IMG/VR virus record: IMGVR_UViG_3300009602_000036 | Coordinates: 1 to 36,291 of that record | From: a virus | Lineage: Duplodnaviria > Caudoviricetes | Strand: one strand, 5' to 3' | Length of the DNA: 36,291 nt | Part shown: in pieces, positions 32,641 to 36,291 of the stretch | Position numbering within the stretch: the first letter of the stretch is position 1 | Layout of the letters: every line of letters begins with the position of its first letter | The notes under the pieces: model-generated | Told to the model about the DNA's origin: nothing | Databases searched by the model: none | What the model saw: the letters and a program-made list of their open reading frames with translations, nothing else | Made by a program: the position numbers and the translations under genes

Positions 32641-35600
32641 CGGCTATTGACACTCCAGAACTCGGCGCCCCTCGCAAGCGAGACTTCTCGCCGAAGTCCA
32701 TCACCTCGCCCATCAGCGCCGAGGAGCTGATGCTGGAGGAAATCGAGTCGATCGAAGAGCCGATCAGTGTGGCGGACCTTGAGCCGGTCGAAGCGCCACC
32801 GAAGATCAGATCCATTGAATCGCCGATCAGCGTGGCCGACCTTGAACCCGTTCAGGATCCTCCGAAGTTCCGCTCCATCACCGAGCCCATCAGTGTCGCA
32901 GACTTGGAGCCGGCGGTATTTGATCCGGAAGGAGCGGGTTACGATTATGACACGGCAAAACGAGGCGGATTAACTCCAGACGCAACTGGTCACTGGCCCA
33001 GCAGAGATCCCAAGACCGGGCAAATCCTGAAAGGCCGCAAGCACGAAACTTACGACAAGACTGTCTCTGGAGAGGCCGAAGCTGGATATGACATCCGGAA
33101 AGGAGATGACGGCCGGTACTACTCGGCCAAAACTCCAGAGCCCGACCCCGACGAGGCCGAACGTACGCGACTCGCCGAGGAGAAGCGGAAAATCTGGAAC
33201 GATACTTGGGCGACGATCGTCAAGAGGAGAGAACAGCTTGGTGTAAGAGACGTCCGCGATGCCCCGGACATCGCCGAGGGCGAGCTCGCTGCTGCCGGCT
33301 TCCCAACCGAAAGGTACGGCGCCACGCCCTCCCCCGAGGAGATGGCGAAGCAGCCCGGCACGGTCATCGACCCTGGGGCGATCTTCGGCAAACCTGGCGC
33401 CCTGGGCGAGTACCCGATTGGGGGCACAATCGGCACAACCTTGGCCGAATACGAGAAGGGAGTAGGTCGCTTCTCGCTGGGCAAGCAAGAAACGATCGCC
33501 GGCTTCCAGATGATGATGGGCTTCGACGACGCGGGGCGACGCAGGTTCGACGACGCCCAGCACCTTCGCCGCTTCTACGTCCCCGGCCCGCATGCCGACG
33601 GGGTACAGGTTTATCGCCCAGAGTGGTGGGCGGCGTTCCTGGGGGAGACCGGCACCGACCTCATGTATCAGGCCGCGGCCCAGCTGGCGGTGCCCGGAGG
33701 CTTCTCGCTGTGGGCGACGATGGACGTCCTCGGCTCCAGCTTCGCCGACGCCTACGTCGACCTGCGGGACAACACCGACCTGAGCGAGTCGGAGGCCCGC
33801 GCTGCCGCGTTACTCGAGGGCTCTGTGAACGCCGCGATCACTTGGGTGACGAATAAGTTCCTTCCCGAGAAGGAAATCTTCGGCAAGGCCCCCTTCGCGA
33901 AGATGCTCTACAAGCACATCGGCCGCTCCGCCCTGGCGAGGGCGATGCCGACATTCATGCGAAGAGGTCTCGCTTCCGCCGGGGCGGGCTCCTTCATTGA
34001 GGGGCTCCAGGAATTGCTGGAGGGTATCGGCCATCGCACGACCAGCGAGTTCCGTGAAGTAGCCCTTGTGGGCGGCGAGTTCAACGCGGCAAACATCTTC
34101 AACCTGGACGAGATGCTCAAGGAAGCGGTGTACGGCGCTGCGGCTGGTCTGCTCCTCGGAGGCGGCCGAGGAGCCGCCGAAGCGGAAGAGAGGCGTGCTC
34201 GCCGAGGTAAAAGGCGAGAGGCCCGCACGCAGCGGGAGCAGTACCTGGCAATCGAGGAGTTCTACAACGAGCAGCTCCAGGCGTTCGAGGGCGGGGCCGA
34301 GGCCCCGACTGCCGCCGTCCCGGTCGCCGGCCCCGAAGTGAGCGGGATCCCTGTCCCGCTCGAAGGAGCACCTACCGATGCCCAGTACCAGCGAGAAGCA
34401 GGCGAGTTTTATGAACCTGTGTTACCACAACAGGTCAGCGGCCCGGGGCAAGTGTCCGCCGCCGAAGGTGGTCCGGGAGTACCTGCGGCGCAGCCGCAAG
34501 GGCCGCTCCCTGGGCAAGGCCCGGCTGCGCCGTCACCGACGTTCGTAGGGGAAGAAGCGGCGGCCCCAGGATTCGCTGCACAGGTCGGACCCGTCGAGGG
34601 GCCGACACCGACGATCACTCCAACAGCAGAGGTGCAACGTGGAACAGAAGAAGCAGCCGAAGTCCAAGTTCCGGTACGGCCTGGCCCTGGTGATCCCACC
34701 AGGGGCGAAGGTGCGGGGGCCGAAGCTCCGAGTGCCCGTCCGGTACAAGCAGACGCCGATACAGAGAGACAAACCCGATTCACGGGCCTAGCAGATCTCC
34801 AGGGCATCGCGCCGCAGGCAGACGTCACGGAGGGACCTGAAGGAACCTGGGTTGTGTCGTATCCCCAGAGCGAGGTCAACCCCGAAGGCGGCAGCTATCG
34901 CGTTGTCACGGGCATTCCTCTCGAGAAGGTGCCCAATACAGACAGCGCTCAGTTCCAGAAGGACGTCATCAGGGAGGCGAAAGGACGCACTATTGACGTT
35001 CCACCTGGCGCGGTCGCGGCGTTTCCCGACGGCATTTCCATCTTTGTTCCATACAAGCTCGAAGATTATCAGAAGCTCGACAGGAATGTTCGCGATGCTC
35101 TCGGTTCCTTCTTCCAGGTCGACGACATTTACGACATCTCCGAGAACACGCTCTACCTCGACGAGGGGGCGGTGCTCTACACCACTCGCGAGGGGGCCTA
35201 TCACGCGGCCTTCAACACAGCGCTGACGGATCAACAGCGTCGGGAGATGTACGACAACTATAGGCAAGAGAACGAACGCGACGAACTCGCCGAGGAGTCC
35301 GCATACGAAGGCCGCTGGAACCTGCCCGAAGACACGTCGGGCGACCGCCTGTCCAACGGGAAGCTGACGGCCCAAGGGATCAACCGCTACATCGCGACGG
35401 GGCAGATCTGGACGCAGACGAAGGAGGACATCGAGGGCAGGGCAATCCAACCCGCCCTCGTTGCGGGGGCGGAGAAAGGCCGCGACGTCACGATCAACAC
35501 CGTTCTCGCCAAGGAAGGTTGGACGGGGCCTGATGGGAAAAAGAGCAATCCGGCCGTCACTCTCAACTCGCATGATGAGATCTCCGTAGAGGAAGCCCAG

Positions 35601-36291
35601 GAACACCTCAAAACCTTGGGCGTCGAGGGTACGGTCTATAAGTTAAAGCCGGCCAACTTCCCCACCCGGATGCGGATCAGGGTCAAGAACAACGAGGATC
35701 TGGCCGCGGTCGTCGAGGCGTTCGGTGGTGCGAGGCTGTCGCTTGACGACAAACCCTTCACGCTGACGCTGGGGACCAAGCCGGTCGCCGAACCGGCGGA
35801 GGAGGTTGCGGCCGCCGAAGCCGCCGCTGCACCCACCGAAGTAGACGCCCCGGTCCCTGGCCGACGCAAGATTCTCGTTTCCTGCACGGGTGGGAAGTGT
35901 CCCTTGGCCGAGGGCAGGGCCGTCGCTGCGGAGGATCTCTACACGGGCGACGCTGTTGCAGACGCCAAGGCGGCATCAGAGAGGTCCGGTGCCGAAATTG
36001 GAGTGATCCTGTCTGCCAAGCACGGGGTGCTGGACCCGAAGGAACAAGTCGCGACTTACGATGAGACGCTACCGACACGAGAGGGCGAGGCACTCAAGCT
36101 GGTGTCTGGGGATGAGCAGCTGCGCAAGTTCGTGGATCTCGTCAGGCGTGGCGGCATGCCCGAGGAAGTCTACCTGCACGGGAGCAAAATGTACCGGGTC
36201 CTGTTCAAGGACCTGGTCCAACGCGCCAAGGCTGCCGGGATGCTTCCAGAGTCGCTGCGTGTCGTAGAGCCGCAGGGTAAGGGTGGCAGGG
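32637..36291 (+). CDS. Giant multidomain (polyvalent-type) ejection protein, 3' truncated, with a DUF6884/YaaA-like domain
   Basis: ATG 32637 overlaps the upstream TGA; I found no stop in this frame to the window end (>1200 codons), which would explain its absence from the ORF track; near the end ILVSC.G.K...AEDLYTG...ILSAKHG.LDP....TYD.TL. Confidence 0.8.
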   Translation, partial: MTAIDTPELGAPRKRDFSPKSITSPISAEELMLEEIESIEEPISVADLEPVEAPPKIRSIESPISVADLEPVQDPPKFRSITEPISVADLEPAVFDPEGAGYDYDTAKRGGLTPDATGHWPSRDPKTGQILKGRKHETYDKTVSGEAEAGYDIRKGDDGRYYSAKTPEPDPDEAERTRLAEEKRKIWNDTWATIVKRREQLGVRDVRDAPDIAEGELAAAGFPTERYGATPSPEEMAKQPGTVIDPGAIFGKPGALGEYPIGGTIGTTLAEYEKGVGRFSLGKQETIAGFQMMMGFDDAGRRRFDDAQHLRRFYVPGPHADGVQVYRPEWWAAFLGETGTDLMYQAAAQLAVPGGFSLWATMDVLGSSFADAYVDLRDNTDLSESEARAAALLEGSVNAAITWVTNKFLPEKEIFGKAPFAKMLYKHIGRSALARAMPTFMRRGLASAGAGSFIEGLQELLEGIGHRTTSEFREVALVGGEFNAANIFNLDEMLKEAVYGAAAGLLLGGGRGAAEAEERRARRGKRREARTQREQYLAIEEFYNEQLQAFEGGAEAPTAAVPVAGPEVSGIPVPLEGAPTDAQYQREAGEFYEPVLPQQVSGPGQVSAAEGGPGVPAAQPQGPLPGQGPAAPSPTFVGEEAAAPGFAAQVGPVEGPTPTITPTAEVQRGTEEAAEVQVPVRPGPGDPTRGEGAGAEAPSARPVQADADTERQTRFTGLADLQGIAPQADVTEGPEGTWVVSYPQSEVNPEGGSYRVVTGIPLEKVPNTDSAQFQKDVIREAKGRTIDVPPGAVAAFPDGISIFVPYKLEDYQKLDRNVRDALGSFFQVDDIYDISENTLYLDEGAVLYTTREGAYHAAFNTALTDQQRREMYDNYRQENERDELAEESAYEGRWNLPEDTSGDRLSNGKLTAQGINRYIATGQIWTQTKEDIEGRAIQPALVAGAEKGRDVTINTVLAKEGWTGPDGKKSNPAVTLNSHDEISVEEAQEHLKTLGVEGTVYKLKPANFPTRMRIRVKNNEDLAAVVEAFGGARLSLDDKPFTLTLGTKPVAEPAEEVAAAEAAAAPTEVDAPVPGRRKILVSCTGGKCPLAEGRAVAAEDLYTGDAVADAKAASERSGAEIGVILSAKHGVLDPKEQVATYDETLPTREGEALKLVSGDEQLRKFVDLVRRGGMPEEVYLHGSKMYRVLFKDLVQRAKAAGMLPESLRVVEPQGKGGR
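32760..32912 (+). repeat. 63-bp-period repeats encoding PISVADLEP x3
   Basis: Units at 32760, 32823 and 32886 with synonymous divergence; a degenerate copy (PISAEEL) near 32709. Confidence 0.85.

Larger units (their letters stand above)
1..36291. mobile_element. Tailed dsDNA bacteriophage/prophage genome segment (Caudoviricetes)
   Basis: TerL, portal, scaffold, capsid, adaptors and tail genes in canonical order on +; phage replication initiator plus DnaB on -; tight ATGA/TAATG gene overlaps; no host genes. No integrase or att site in the window, so free phage and prophage cannot be distinguished. Confidence 0.95.

Noticed and set aside
1-36291. Host assignment (e.g. Planctomycetota)
   Set aside because: High GC, a lipoprotein, a CsrA-like gene and Cys-rich tail proteins are only suggestive of a diderm host; this cannot be supported without searches.

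Overview
The whole window looks like part of a GC-rich tailed dsDNA phage or prophage genome, with no host housekeeping genes, tRNA/rRNA, CRISPR or integrase visible. Left arm (about 0.9-8.4 kb, minus strand): early/replication genes, including a ParB/DGQHR-like protein, DnaB helicase, a replication initiator with internal iteron-like repeats and many small Cys-rich Zn-finger-like proteins. A plus-strand HTH (excisionase-like) gene converges on a ~400-nt structured non-coding region. Right arm (8.4 kb to the end, plus strand): terminase large subunit, portal, scaffold, major capsid protein and decoration-like proteins. These are followed by a CMP-sugar synthetase-like plus glycosyltransferase-like gene pair, a LamG protein, a lipoprotein/holin-like cluster, two head-tail adaptors, a tail-tube-like protein and Cys-rich tail proteins. 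The arm ends in two very large ejection-type proteins; the last (32637 to beyond the window, absent from the ORF track) is a multidomain polyvalent-type protein with a DUF6884/YaaA-like domain. Most interesting: a possible virion-glycosylation cassette; two sigma70 leaders sharing the same alternative-pairing RNA architecture; the structured non-coding RNA candidate; a 12-bp divergence point with overlapping promoters; a CsrA-fold-like protein lacking the RNA-binding arginine; and two hidden disrupted genes (an in-frame TAA and a T10 frameshift). All family assignments come from motif recognition by eye, not database searches.
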